This document shows, one piece after another, positions 37,593-50,887 of a DNA stretch of 64,000 nt. The notes under the pieces are model-generated. The model did not search any database. It had not been told where the DNA came from and was given only the letters and a program-made list of their open reading frames with translations. Origin of the DNA: Mytilus trossulus. Its lineage: Eukaryota. Every line of letters begins with the position of its first letter. Position 1 is the first letter of the stretch. Where the stretch lies: positions 17,794,001 through 17,858,000 of the forward strand of contig NC_086377.1 of the NCBI RefSeq assembly GCF_036588685.1. The letters run 5' to 3'. The translations under genes were made by a program, and so were the position numbers.

Positions 37593-37982
37593 GGATTTTT
37601 GCTGCTCATTTTCAAAATATTTAACATTTTATAAAACTAGTATATATTTATAGGGTATAAATTGAGGAAGCAAAAAAGCAAAACAAATATGGGCGTCAAT
37701 GTGCTTATTTTCGAGATATTAGCCATTGAAATTTTGGCGGGAAAATGTTCTCTCTTAATTTTTCATTGCTTTATCATTGACCAGTTAAAGTTCTCAAAAA
37801 CTATTAAAAAATAAATAAGATTTTATAAGACTTTAACAAATGGCTAAAAATTATACATGTAAAAGATTTATAAAAAGAAAAATAGGGGTTCATGGGCAAT
37901 TTTTTTTAAGGCATTTACATGGATAAAACCAGAGGATTTCGAAAATCTGACAAAAATTCCAAAACATGACAAGCAAACATCC
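37593..37982. mobile_element. MITE with TTAA flanks and GG termini (Kolobok-like)
   Basis: TTAA|GGATTTTTGCTGCTCATTTT ... AAAACATGACAAGCAAACATCC|TTAA. Confidence 0.6.
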
Positions 37983-38249
37983 TTAATACAATTAAAAAAT
38001 AATTAAAATAAACCCTTTAAAACAAGTTTACTGGTACAAGCAAATAAAAAGTTCTTGTCTACGTCTCAATTAGTTTCTGTTAATGTAACTATCAAATCTG
38101 TTGTTTTTTTTTCATTAAAGGGGACACAACTTAAAAAATTGCAGTTGTAATTAAAAGAATTGTCTCCCCTTAATCATCTCCCCTTACCCAAGTAAGGCGA
38201 GATGATTAAGGAGAGATGTCCTCCTTCATTAACAAAAATATCTCCACTT

Positions 38250-38402
38250 AGGCTCTTACCAAAGTCTATCCCCATCATTTATGATTTGAAAAATGATCTC
38301 CCCTTACCAAAGTCTATCCCCATCATTTATGATTTGAAAAGTTATCTCCCCTTACCAAAGTTTATCAACCTTCATTAACAAAAATTATCTTCCCTTACAA
38401 AG
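38250..38402. repeat. ~48-bp minisatellite, about 3 copies
   Basis: TCTCCCCTTACCAAAGTCTATCCCCATCATTTATGATTTGAAAA repeated. Confidence 0.7.
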
Positions 38403-38722
38403 GTATCTTCGCTTCAATATGTGCTTTAATTATAAATAATAAATTTAAAATGGAATGTGAAGTCATTATCACCATAAATATCTAAGTTCAGCCAGTTATA
38501 ACATATATGAGGGAGGGTAGGAGGGGTCCTGATCCCGAAATCCCTAGCTTTAAAACACGAAATCCTGGCCTTAAAACAACATGCATTCCCAAGGTCCCAA
38601 AATTCCAAAAATGAATTCCCGGATCACCAAAGGGTCAATCCCGAAATCCCAAGCTCAACTACACCCGATCCCAGGGTCCCAATAAAGGTCCTATCCCCAC
38701 TCATATATACATTTTTACAATA

Positions 38723-38931
38723 CTGTGGATTCATTTATTTTCGTGGATATCAATTTTCTTGGAATGCTATAAACTTGCACATTTGTAGACATTTGATTTC
38801 GTGGTTTTGTCAATCTCTGTATGCAAAGCCTATTGAAAATATGTTATTCGTTGAACATTTGAATTCGTGGTTCATCAGTACCTACGAAATCCACGAAAAT
38901 TGGTATCCGACGAATAATAATGAATCCACAG
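38723..38931. mobile_element. Tc1/mariner-type MITE with TA TSD
   Basis: TA|CTGTGGATTCATT ... AATGAATCCACAG|TA. Confidence 0.8.
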
Positions 38932-39299
38932 TAAAATATAGTATCAATTACTTTAAGAATACAATTCAAGTACATTGATTATGTGATAGTCAATTAAGTT
39001 AGTCATTGTTTGTGACAATCAAATCACAGATTGATGGCAGGAAATATAAATGTGCAATATTGTCATGAATGAGAATGAGATATCCATTTTATGAAATTAT
39101 AAGAGTAAAAAAAAAATCATGAAATACATTGTAAATATAAAATAAAATATACAAAATAAGTTCAATTATAAAACATTTGATTCAAAAGAAAGTTAAAAAG
39201 AAAAATATACATACATATATATATATATCATGGAATGTACAAGTTAAGTCTCGATTCCAAAAAACTCATTTGTTTTTGTGTCAAAAGAAAATAAATGGG

Positions 39300-40174
39300 C
39301 AGGGTTTCCGCTGGCGGTCGCCATTTTCGCAATTTGCGAAAAAATAATAATTGTGGCGATTAAAATTCGTCATTTGCGAAAGAATTTGGCGAAAGAAATA
39401 TACATAACGATTTATTTTCAGCCATCTTGTTTATTTACTTTTTTCGAGTTTCTCTGACTTTACCGATCAGACAATACTCGGAATTCACCTTGAACTCGTT
39501 AAGATTTTGACAGAAAATCAATAATCAGCTGATTGCATTTATAGATATGATCAGCTACTGACATCAAAGGACTAATTAATAAAGGTGTTGATTGTATGAT
39601 ATGGTTAAATGGCTTCTGTCACATGTCACAAAATGGATTTATAACCGCGTTGCGACGCACGTGTTAGAAGCAAAATTTTTACGCTTCCTCTCCTTCTTTT
39701 AATGATAGTCCAGAAAAGAAAACTTGTTATGACGAAAAATGCTCAAAAGCAAGGAAGGTCTCTGATTTAAAACTTTATCATTTAACTTTCATATAGATCT
39801 TTGATTTGAGTGGGTACTTTGAAGTTGTTTCAGTAACACACGTGTTTCAAGCATATAGTTTGACTTTTTTACGATGGTCTAGAAGTAGAAAAGAAAACTG
39901 TCGTTATGAAATAATCTATTCAAAAGGTCGGCATGAGAGTAACCCTTCAATGTAATGACTACACCTTGCAACAGGGGTCAACTTCAAGTGATAAGGTGTT
40001 TTGTTTTGTTGTAAAAATCACTTCTTTTTTAAGGAGGGGGGACTTGAAAAAATGTAAAATTTAAAAAAAAAATATATTTGTGTTACTTGGCGAAAAAAAT
40101 AATAGAGTGGCGAAAAATATATTGTTTTGGCGAAAGAGGTGGCGAAAAAAATAATTGACCCAGGGGAAACCCTG
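39300..40174. mobile_element. Non-autonomous hAT-like element with 6-bp TSD
   Basis: TIRs CAGGGTTTCC and GGAAACCCTG; AATGGG on both flanks; subterminal GGCGAAA repeats. Confidence 0.8.
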
Positions 40175-40506
40175 AATGGGGAATGTGTCCATAGGGACTC
40201 AGATGATGCCCCCTGCTAGCATATAATGTTATAAAGGAAAATTCAGAGAAAACATAATGAATTGCTTATACATTGTAAATAAAAAAAAATCTACAAATTA
40301 AGTTAAATTATAAAACATATTTAATTGAAAAGAAAGTTAGAAAATAAATAGATATATATGTATATGATGGAATGTACAACATGTACAAGTTTAGTCTACA
40401 TGGTCTAGATTCCAAAAATAGTAATTAATTTAGGCGTAAAAGGATATTAAATGCACTCATTTGTTTATGTCAATACAAATTTTTTTTAAATATTCTGTCA
40501 TTCTAA

Positions 40507-41308
40507 AGGGGCACTAGCTACCATGGCTACAAGATATATAAAAAATCTAAAGCTGACTATGTGGTATGGGCTTTGCTCATTGTTGAAAGCCACACAATGA
40601 CCTATTCAGGGATCTCCATGGATGAAAATTGAACCATGGAGGAACTTTCACCATCATAAACCATATCTACGCCGTACAGTGTAGCGCGATCGAAAGTATT
40701 TCATTCCTCCACATAAGGATAGGTGAACATGCTAATTCATTGCTTATTTAAATTATATTTATATGAATTTTCATTATAAATACTATATATAGAAGTATAT
40801 ATATTTTCCATAATTGCCGTTTGTAACTCTTCAAAGGACATGTACAAGCCCTCATGCCCCCTCCCTTTCCCTTAGAATGACCAATAACTATCACAAAGGT
40901 CACCATGTAGTTTTCTTGCTATTTTTGGTAATTTTTTAACATTAAAAGTCAAACAAAGGTCATTTGATTGATTGATGTGATCCACAAAAAATCTTTCTTA
41001 TACAGGTAAAAACAATGATTTACATATATTTTTAATCTATAACAGGAAACTAAACAGACCTAGAATAATCCAAATATACGAGTCCAATTTCTATTTCTAT
41101 TTATGTACATATATATGATCATTGGAAGTCTTCGGAGGTCAACTACATAGTAATTAGATGGCGTCAAGACTAAGATATTATCCAGCCAATGACCTGTAAA
41201 TTGTTTATTTTATACTTTATAATTTGGATAAATGTTTTACATGGTAATAAATCAAATACAAGAATTTAAATCAAATCGGTCAACATGAATTTGACAGCTA
41301 GTGCCCCT
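40507..41308. mobile_element. Non-autonomous DNA transposon (Kolobok-like termini)
   Basis: TIRs AGGGGCACTAGCT and AGCTAGTGCCCCT; TSD not clear. Confidence 0.6.
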
Positions 41309-41438
41309 AGAATAAATAATAAGTACACTAGTTTTGAGTGTCCTCTGTTTTAGAGACATTTCAAACATGATGGACTAATAATGGAGCATCTGATAACATC
41401 CTAACAAGACAACATACATCACAGTTTAAACTTTATAA

Positions 41439-41721
41439 GGGAGCTACCATTGGATTTTTATGGGGGGGGGGAAATTTGAAAAAAAGGCAGGACAGGATTT
41501 TGAGTGAAAAAAAAAAGGCAGGATGAGTAACTTGGCTAAAAAAAAAAGGCAGGATGACAATTGTTGTAAAAAAGTCAGGATAAGTTAAGCATGTTAAGAA
41601 AAAAAAGTCAGGACCAAATAGACTGAAAAATAAAAAGGCAGGACAGAGATTACAAATAAAAAAAAAGGCAGGACACAATTTTTCATCCTAGCCCCCCCAT
41701 AAAAATCAAATGGTAGCTCCC
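41439..41721. mobile_element. PIF/Harbinger-type MITE with TAA TSD
   Basis: TAA|GGGAGCTACCATT...AATGGTAGCTCCC|TAA; internal AAAAAAGGCAGGA repeats. Confidence 0.8.
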
Positions 41722-42099
41722 TAATACTATGTGGACATAGAGGTATGTCTTGTGTTAATGTATCTGGATAGCAAAATACAAATGTTAGAGTAAAAAGGAC
41801 AAATCTAACCACATTTAACAATATACATTGCAGTTTGCAGCTTATACTAAAAAAACAGCATCAATTTAAATAATTGTAAAAAATGTAAAGATTGATTTCA
41901 ACTTAATCTAGAATTTTGAAATTAACTATATACATCACAGTTTGCAGCTAACATCAATCTAAATAATTTTATACAATGTAAAGATTAAATTCAACATAAT
42001 TTGAGAAATTTGAACAAATATTTTTTAAAATAGTTAAAAAAATATAGTTTAGCTCCCTTTTTCATTTTTCACTATAATTTCATCCATTTTTGTTTTTCT

Positions 42100-45000
42100 T
42101 CATATTGATATTTTTTTCCGTTTCAATTTAGGTTTAGCATTTTCATCATCCTCTTTAATTTGTCTCTTTTTTCTGCGTGACCTAATTGAACTTATTTCAT
42201 CAGGACAAGAATCACTTTTGATATGTTGTTCTTTTTCTTCTTTTTTCTCTTCTTCTGTTGTAGTCGTCTTTATTATTTTCCTCCTCTTTTCTTGACTCCC
42301 TTCATTTTCTTTCAATTTCTTTTTCTCTTCTTCTGTCTTCTTTATTGTTTTCTTCCTCTTTTCTTGACTCTCTTTATTTTCTTTCAATTTGTTTTTCTCT
42401 TCTGTCCTTTCATGCATTTCTCTGTGTCTTTTAATTTGGTCACTCCTTCTAAATTCCTTCCCACAAATTTCACATTCATAAACCGTCCCAGTCCCGTGTT
42501 GGAATTTAACATGTCTCTTTAAATAATACTGTAAACTAAACTGTAAACCACATTCCTTACACGTGTATGTCTTATCTTTGGTGTGTGTTTTCCTGTGTAC
42601 ATTTAATACACAAGAATGAGCGAACGTTTTATTACAAATCTCACACTTATATGGGCGAGCCCCTGTGTGTATGACCTTGTGATTCTGCAGGGATCTTTGA
42701 TTGACAAACGTTTTATGACAAATATCACACTCTTCTATTCCTTCACCTGTATGAATGTTTTCATGATAATTTAAATAACTTTCCGTTACAAATCGTTTTC
42801 CACAGACCTGACACTCAAAATCCTTGGCACTTTCGTCATGACTTTTAGCATGTGTTTTGATATAATTTTTTCGATAATATTTTTGACATATATCACACTC
42901 AACCAGTTCCGATTTCTGTTTCTGTCTGGTTGTCAATCCATTACTTTTGTTGAGCGGAGAAAGATTATGTTTTTCATTGATATGAACCTTCAGATATCTG
43001 TTCTGTGTATAAACCTTATGACAGAAATGACATTGGAATGTCCCTGGAGCATGGGATCTTTCATGTGCCTTTACCGATTTCTCTGTTTTATAACTTTGAC
43101 CACAAATCTTACAAGAGAAAAGCCTATCCTTATTGTGTGACTGGATGTGATTATTTAAATGATCTTTCCTGATGAATCCTTTCCCACAAATATCACAGCT
43201 GAAGTTAGTCTCACCATTGTGTTTCTGTAGGTGGATAGCCAACTTATATTTCTGCATAAATGTAATACCACAGATGTGGCAGACATGTGGACGGTCACCT
43301 AAAAGTAGAAAATACATATATATATGTAAACCTGTGTACTCATATGAGACAGACATGTGGACGGTCACCTAAAAATAGAAAATACACATATATATGTAAA
43401 CCTGTGTACTCATATGAGACAGACATGTGGACGGTCACCTAAAAGTAGAAAATACACATATATATGTAAACCTGTGTACTCATATGAGACAGACATGTGG
43501 ATGGTCACCTAAAAATAGAAAACACACATATATATGTAAACCTGTGTACTCATATGAGACAGACATGTGGACAGACACCTAAAAGTAGAAAATACACATA
43601 TATATTTAAACCTGTGTACTCATATGAGACAGACATGTGGACGGTCACCTAAAAATAGAAAACACACATATATATGTAAACATGTGTACTCATATGAGAC
43701 AGACATGTGGACAGTCACCTAAAAGTAGAAAATACACATATATATGTAAACCTGTGTACTCATATGAGACAGACATGTGGACGGTCACCTAAAAATAGAA
43801 AACACACATATATATGTAAACCTGTGTACTCATATGAGACAGACATGTGGACAGACACCTAAAAATAGAAAACACACATATATATGTAAACCTGTGTACT
43901 TAGATGAGACAGACATGTGGACGGTCACCTAAAAAAAGAAAATACACATATACATATGTAAACCTGTGTACTCAGATGTGGCAGACATGTGGACACTCAC
44001 CTAAAAATAGAAAATACACATATATATATATATGTAAACCTGTGTACTCATATGTGGCAGACATGTGGACGGTCACCTAAAAATAGAAAATACACATATA
44101 TATATGTAAACCTATGTGGACAGTCACCTAAAAATAGAAAACACACATATATATATGTAAACCTGTGTACTCATATGAGACAGACATGTGGACGGTCACC
44201 TAAAAATAAAAATACAAATATATATGTAAACCTGTGTCCTCAGATGTGACAGACATGTAGACAGTCATCTAAAAATAGAAAATACACATACATATGAAAA
44301 CCTGTGTACTCAATACTCAGATGAGACAGACATGTGGACGGTAACCTAAAAATAGAAAATACACATATATATCTACCTGTGTACTCAGATGAGACAGACA
44401 TGTAGATGGTCACCTAAAAATAGAAAATACACATATAAACATATGTTTGCCTGTGTACACAGTTGTGACAAAACAAATGGATGGTCACTTAAAATAAGAA
44501 AATACACATTATATATATGTTTGCATGTATATACAGATGTTACAAATGTGTGGACAGTATGCACGTGTACACAAATGTTAAAAACATGTAGACAGCCGTA
44601 AAAACAGTCCTTTAATTACACACTGATTACCACATAAATGACAAAAAGCATTGATCAGAATTAAAATAAGATATAAGTCCATAATATGCTTCGTTAGAGA
44701 TAAAACTCTTGGATTTTTTTTTAATTTGGGGGGAATACTTATAATAATACATGTATCTCTGGATATATCTACATTTATTTTTCTCCATCTGACGAGTTAA
44801 GCCTTCTCCAACTGATTTGTATAGTTTGTTCTTATGTTGTACTGTTATACCACTGTCCCAGGTTAGGGGAGGGTTAGGATCCCGCTAACATGTTTTACCC
44901 CGCCACAGTATTTATGTATGTGCATGTCCCAAGTCAGGAGCCTGTAAATCAGTGGTTGAAGTTTGTTTATGTTTTACATATTTGTTTTTCATTCATTTTT

Positions 45001-48000
45001 TTATATAAATAAGGCTGTTTGTTTTCTCGTTGGAAATGTTTTACATTGTCTTATCCAGGCCTTTTATAGCTGACTATGCGGTATGGGCTTTGCTCATTGT
45101 TGAAGGCCGTACGGTGACCCATAGTTGTTAATGTCAGTGTCATTTTGGTCTCTTGTGGAGAGTTGTCTCATTGGCAATCATACCACACCTTTTTTTTATA
45201 TTTGATAAAGAACACGATTTCTATTTCTCAAATCTAAAATATAAATACAAATCCTACCTGTATGAACTTTCTCATGTTCTGCCAGACTACACTTTGTAAC
45301 AAAGTCTTTGGGGCATGCTCCACACTTATATGGTCTTTCTCCAGTGTGTATTCTGACATGGTTCTGCACACATAAGAGATAATCGAATGTCTTCTTACAC
45401 ACCGTACACTTATACAGTCTGTAAACCTTCCTTGACCTTTTACCTACATATTTATTTAAATGTGATATTTTTTCGTATGTATAAAGGCTAGACTCATCAT
45501 CAGTTGGTTCTAATTTAATTTCTTCTCCTTTTTCCAGTTCTTGGCCACTCTGAGCCTCTCTGCTTTTATCATTGTCTCTGTCTATTTCTTGTCCATTTCT
45601 GACTGTATTCCTACTAAGAATCAGTTCTGAGGTACCAGACTGTTCTAAGTAATCTACAATTTCCTTTTTTATTTCATCTGGATCAGTTAAAGCATCAGAT
45701 GACATTTCAGCAGTTTTGGAAGATTGTTTACTCAGTGTAAATGGTTCATTTAGGACAGCTTTTGCTGATGTCTTTGTCAAATTTTCGTTACTACATTGTA
45801 AAATGTTTTGATTTCTTGGTTGGAATGATTTATTTGTCAAGATCTGTAAAGTGTTTTCATTTGTAGTTTGGTTTAATGTATTTGTCAAGCATATTGTTGC
45901 AGGATTTGAACTAGAATATGCATTTGTTGTGGTCGTAGAATTTTCTAAACTATCTTGGTTCAAAGTATTAAACATTTTTTCACTAAAAGTAGACTTTTTA
46001 TAGGTATCTTGCTTTTTTGATTGAATAACTGGCCCTGTTACCATGGCACCTGATTTTGTTTCTATAGTGAACTGTCCTGTTACTATAGACACTAGTTCTT
46101 TTGCCATAGCAACTGGTTCTCTTTTTAAAGTAATTGGCTCTGTTTTTGCAGTATCTCCTTCTGTTTCCACAGTGACTTTTTTAATAACTTCTGTTTCCAC
46201 AGTGTTTTGTTCCATAACCTCTGTTTTCATGTTATCTATAACAGTTACCAAAGAATTGAAATTCAAATCTAGCAGATCTGGGTCATTTTTATGTTTGACT
46301 TCCAAGTCATGGATTTTCTCTGCTTCATTGAGAAGCATTTTACAAGTTTTAAGGATTTGATCCTACAAATTAAAAAAAACAACATTATCAGTATAATTTT
46401 TATATCATGGCTACTTTGCAATATAAAACATTATCAGTGTAATTTTTATATCATGGCTTGTGTACAATTTGGAAATTAGTATGGCGTTCATTATCACTGA
46501 ACTAGTATATATTTGTTTAGGGGCCAGCTGAAGGACGCCTCTGGGTGCGGGAATTTCTCGCTACATTGAAGACCTGTTGGTGACCTTCTGCTGTTGTTTT
46601 TTATTTTGGTCGGGTTGTTGTCTCTTTGACACATTCTCCATTTCCATTCTCAATTTTATTCTTTGCAATATAAAACATTATCAGTGTAATTTTTATATCA
46701 TGGCTTCTTTGCAATATAAAACATTATCAGTGTAATCTTTATATCATGGCTTCTTTGCAATTTAAAACATTATCAGTGTAATCTTTATATCATAGCTTCT
46801 TTGCAATAAAAAACATAATCAGTGTAATCTTTATGTCATGGCTTCTTTGCAATATAAAACATTATCGCTATTTTGTGCATTTTTCCTTTGATTTTTTTTT
46901 GTGATAATTTTCATATCATGCTTCTCGCTTGAGATGAAAAAATTATCAATAGAAACTAAGGAGGCACGTGGCGTTACTAAGGAAATTGACATGAAATTGA
47001 CAACGTCGTCCTAGGTAAAATAGCGATAAACAGATTATCATTGGTCATCTCAACTCGGTTGCTTTTCTCACTTTCGCTGTACCAGCTCAAGCTAGAAAAC
47101 CAATCTCGTTGAAATGACCAACGATAATCTATAATTATCAGTGTAATCTTTATATCATGGCTTCTTTGCAATATAAAACATTACCAGTGTAATCTTTATA
47201 TCATGGCTTCTTTGCAATATAAAACATTATCAGTGTAATCTTTATATCATGGCTTCTTTGCAATATAAAACATTATCAGTGTAATCTTTATATCATGGCT
47301 TCTTTGCAATATAAAACATTATCAGTGTAATCTTTATACCATGGCTTCTTTGCAATATAAAACATTATCAGTGTAATCTTTATATCATGGCTTCTTTGCA
47401 ATATAAAACATTATCAGTGTAATCTTTATATCATGGCTTCTTTGCAATATAAAAAATTATCAGTGTAATTTTTATATCACAGCTTCTTTGCAATATAAAA
47501 CATTACCAGTGTAATCTTTATATCATGGCTTCTTTGCAATATAAAATATTATCACTGTTATTTTTATATCATGGCTTCTTTGCAATATAAAACATTATCA
47601 GTGTAATCTTTATATCATGGCTTCTTTGCAATATAAAACATCATCAGTGTTATTTTTTATATCATGGCTTCTTGAAAAGATTAAACAATTATTGACTTGA
47701 ATCAGTTAATGCTAGTCGACATTATTTCTAACCAAATTTTCAATAATTCTTCCAATAATCTCAATTCAATATTCACTGTCAAGTTTCGATTCTATTTGCC
47801 ATAGATAGGGAATTGTGCAATATACATGATATAAATACAAATCATTGTGTAAGTTCAATTAAAACAATGATCAGAACTGTGTTCTCTCTCTCTCTTATTG
47901 GTAAGGTTTATGTTTAACTGTGTTCTCTCTCTCTTATTTGTTAGGTTTATGTTTAACTGTGTTCTCTCTCTCTTATTGGTTAGGTTTGTGTTTAACTGTG

Positions 48001-50887
48001 TTCTCTCTCTCTCTTATTGGTAAGGTTTATGTTTAACTGTGTTCTCTCTCTCTTATTTGTTAGGTTTATGTTTAACTGTGTTCTCTCTCTCTTATTGGTT
48101 AGGTTTATGTTTAACTGTGTTCTCTCTCTCTCTCTCTTATTGGTTAGGTTTGTGTTTAACTGTGTTCTCGCTCTCTCTTATTGGTTAGGTTTATGTTTAA
48201 CTGTATTCTCTCTCTCTCTTATTGTTTAGGTTTATGTTTAACTGTGTTCTCTCTCTCTTATTGGTTAGGTTTATGTTTAACTGTGTTCTCTCGCTCTCTC
48301 TTATTGTTTAGGTTTATGTTTAACTGTGTTCTCTCTCTCTTATTGGTTAGGTTTATGTTTAACTGTGTTCTCTCTCTCTCTTATTGGTTAGGTTTATGTT
48401 TAACTGTGTTCTCTCTCTCTCTTATTGGTTAGGTTTATGTTTAACTGTGTTCTCTCTCTCTCTTATTGTTTAGGTTTATGTTTAACTGTGTTCTCTCTCT
48501 CTTATTGTTTAGGTTTATGTTTAACTGTGTTCTCTCTCTCTCTCTCTTATTGTTTAGGTTTATGTTTAACTGTGTTCTCTCTCTCTCTCTCTTATTGTTT
48601 AGGTTTATGTTTAACTGTGTTCTCTCTCTCTCTCTCTTATTGTTTAGGTTTATGTTTAACTGTGTTCTCTCTCTCTTATTTGTTAGGTTTATGTTTAACT
48701 GTGTTCTCTCTCTCTCTCTCTTTCTTATTGGTTAGGTTTATGTTTAACTGTGTTCTCGCTCTCTCTTATTGTTTAGGTTTATGTTTAACTGTGTTCTCTC
48801 TCTCTTATTTGTTAGGTTTATGTTTAACTGTGTTCTCTCTCTCTCTCTCTTTCTTATTGGTAAGGTTTATGTTTAACTGTGTTCTCTCTCTCTCTTATTG
48901 GTTAGGTTTATGTTTAACTGTGTTCTCGCTCTCTCTTATTGTTTAGGTTTATGTTTAACAGTGTTCTCTCTCTCTTATTGGTTAGGTTGATGTTTAACTG
49001 TGTTCTCGCTCTCTCTTATTGGTTAGGTTTATGTTTAACTGTGTTCTCTCTCTCTTATTGTTTAGGTTTATGTTTAACAGTGTTCTCTCTCTCTTATTGG
49101 TTAGGTTTATGTTTAACTGTGTTCTCTCTCTCTTATTGTTAAGGTTTATGTTTAACTGTGTTCTCTCTCTCTCTTATTGGTTAGGTTTATGTTTAACTGT
49201 GTTCTCGCTCTCTCTTATTGGTTAGGTTTATGTTTAACTGTGTTCTCTCTCTCTTATTTGTTAGGTTTATGTTTAACTGTGTTCTCTCTCTCTCTCTCTT
49301 TCTTATTGGTAAGGTTTATGTTTAACTGTGTTCTCGCTCTCTCTTATTGTTTAGGTTTATGTTTAACTGTGTTCTCTCTCTCTTATTTGTTAGGTTTATG
49401 TTTAACTGTGTTCTCTCTCTCTCTCTCTTTCTTATTGGTTAGGTTTATGTTTAACTGTGTTCTCTCTCTCTTATTGGTTAGGTTTATGTTTAACTGTGTT
49501 CTCTCTCTCTTATTTGTTAGGTTTATGTTTAACTGTGTTCTCTCGCTCTCTCTTATTGTTTAGGTTTATGTTTAACTGTGTTCTCTCTATCTTATTGTTT
49601 AGGTTTATGTTTAACTGTGTTCTCTCTCTCTTATTGGTTAGGTTTATGTTTAACAGTGTTCTCTCTCTCTCTTATTGTTTAGGTTTATGTTTAACTGTGT
49701 TCTCGCTCTCTCTTATTGGTTAGGTTTATGTTTAACTGTGTTCTCGCTCTCTCTTATTGTTTAGGTTTATGTTTAACTGTGTTCTCTCTCTCTTATTTGT
49801 TAGGTTTATGTTTAACTGTGTTCTCTCTCTCTCTCTCTTTCTTATTGGTAAGGTTTATGTTTAACTGTGTTCTCGCTCTCTCTTATTGGTTAGGTTTATG
49901 TTTAACTGTGTTCTCTCTCTCTTTCTTATTGGTAAGGTTTATGTTTAACTGTGTTCTCTCTCTCTCTTATTGGTTAGGTTTATGTTTAACTGTGTTCTCT
50001 CTCTCTTATTTGTTAGGTTTATGTTTAACTGTGTTCTCTCGCTCTCTCTTATTGTTTAGGTTTATGTTTAACTGTGTTCTCTCTCTCTTATTGTTTAGGT
50101 TTATGTTTAACTGTGTTCTCTCTCTCTTATTGGTTAGGTTTATGTTTAACAGTGTTCTCTCTCTCTCTTATTGTTTAGGTTTATGTTTAACTGTGTTCTC
50201 TCTCTCTCTTATTGGTTAGGTTTATGTTTAACTGTGTTCTCTCTCTCTCTTATTGGTTAGGTTTATGTTTAACTGTGTTCTCTCTCTCTTATTGGTTAGG
50301 TTTGTGTTTAACTGTGTTAGCTCTCTCTTATTGGTTAGGTTTATGTTTAACTGTATTCTCTCTCTCTCTTATTGTTTAGGTTTATGTTTAACTGTGTTCT
50401 CTCTCTCTCTCTCTTTCTTATTGGTTAGGTTTATGTTTAACTGTGTTCTCTCTCTCTCTTATTGGTTAGGTTTATGTTAAACTGTGTTCTCTCTCTCTCT
50501 CTTATTGGTTAATTTTATGTTTAACTGTGTTCTCTCTCTCTTATTGGTTAGGTTTATGTTTAACAGTGTTCTCTCTCTCTCTCTCTCTTATTGGTTAGGT
50601 TTATGTTTAACAGTGTTCTCTCTCTCTCTCGCTCTTATTGGTTAGGTTTATGTTTAACTGTGTTCTCTCTCTCTCTCTTATTGGTTAGGTTTATGTTAAA
50701 CTGTGTTCTCTCTCTCTCTTATTGGTTAATTTTATGTTTAACTGTGTTCTCTCTCTCTTATTGATTAGGTTTATGTTTGTCATACACTTATTCAGAATAC
50801 TGTGCCTGCACTGACTGCTTGTAAGATTACCTGAACTTTATCTGTAATTATGTCCATTCTTTCTGTCAAATCTGTTCTTCTGTTGAC
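42100..50887 (-). CDS. C2H2 zinc-finger protein (12 fingers, K/E-rich basic C-terminus); 5' end uncertain
   Basis: Exons 50887-50831 (57 nt), 46362-45258 (2 fingers) and 43298-42100 (10 fingers); GT-AG sites and phases consistent; the splice rebuilds the HTGDRPH linker. The start is either the ATG at 50857 or in an unidentified upstream exon. Confidence 0.85.
43271..44600. repeat. ~70-bp tandem array built from the intron/last-exon junction of the ZF gene (~18 units)
   Basis: Minus-strand unit ...TATTTTCTATTTTTAG|GTGACCGTCCACATGTCTG...; exact 70-bp period over 43299-43929, degenerating distally. Confidence 0.92.
44850..44955 (+). ncRNA. Degenerate twister-like module (family R1)
   Basis: Closing stems CCACTG/CAGTGG and CAGGTT/AGCCTG; GGGGAGGG; TTACCCCGCC (UAA mutated); TGTCCCAAGTCAGG. 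Confidence 0.6.
46379..47673. repeat. 46-bp intronic minisatellite (~18 copies) interrupted by two insertions
   Basis: AAAACATTATCAGTGTAATCTTTATATCATGGCTTCTTTGCAATAT repeated; insertions at 46457-46658 (R2) and 46863-47131. Confidence 0.92.
47875..50778. repeat. ~2.9-kb intronic satellite, ~38-48-bp unit with variable (TC)n
   Basis: AACTGTGTTC(TC)nTTATTGGTTAGGTTTATGTTT repeated about 70 times. Confidence 0.95.

Noticed and set aside
48017-50480. Numerous hydrophobic ORFs (MVRFMFNCVLSL...)
   Set aside because: Translations of the satellite, antisense within an intron; not genes.
43271-50778. CRISPR-like appearance of the regular repeats
   Set aside because: No unique spacers or cas genes; eukaryotic tandem repeats.
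47875-50778. TTAGG telomere-like motif in the satellite
   Set aside because: One pentamer per ~40-bp unit, not a tandem telomeric array.
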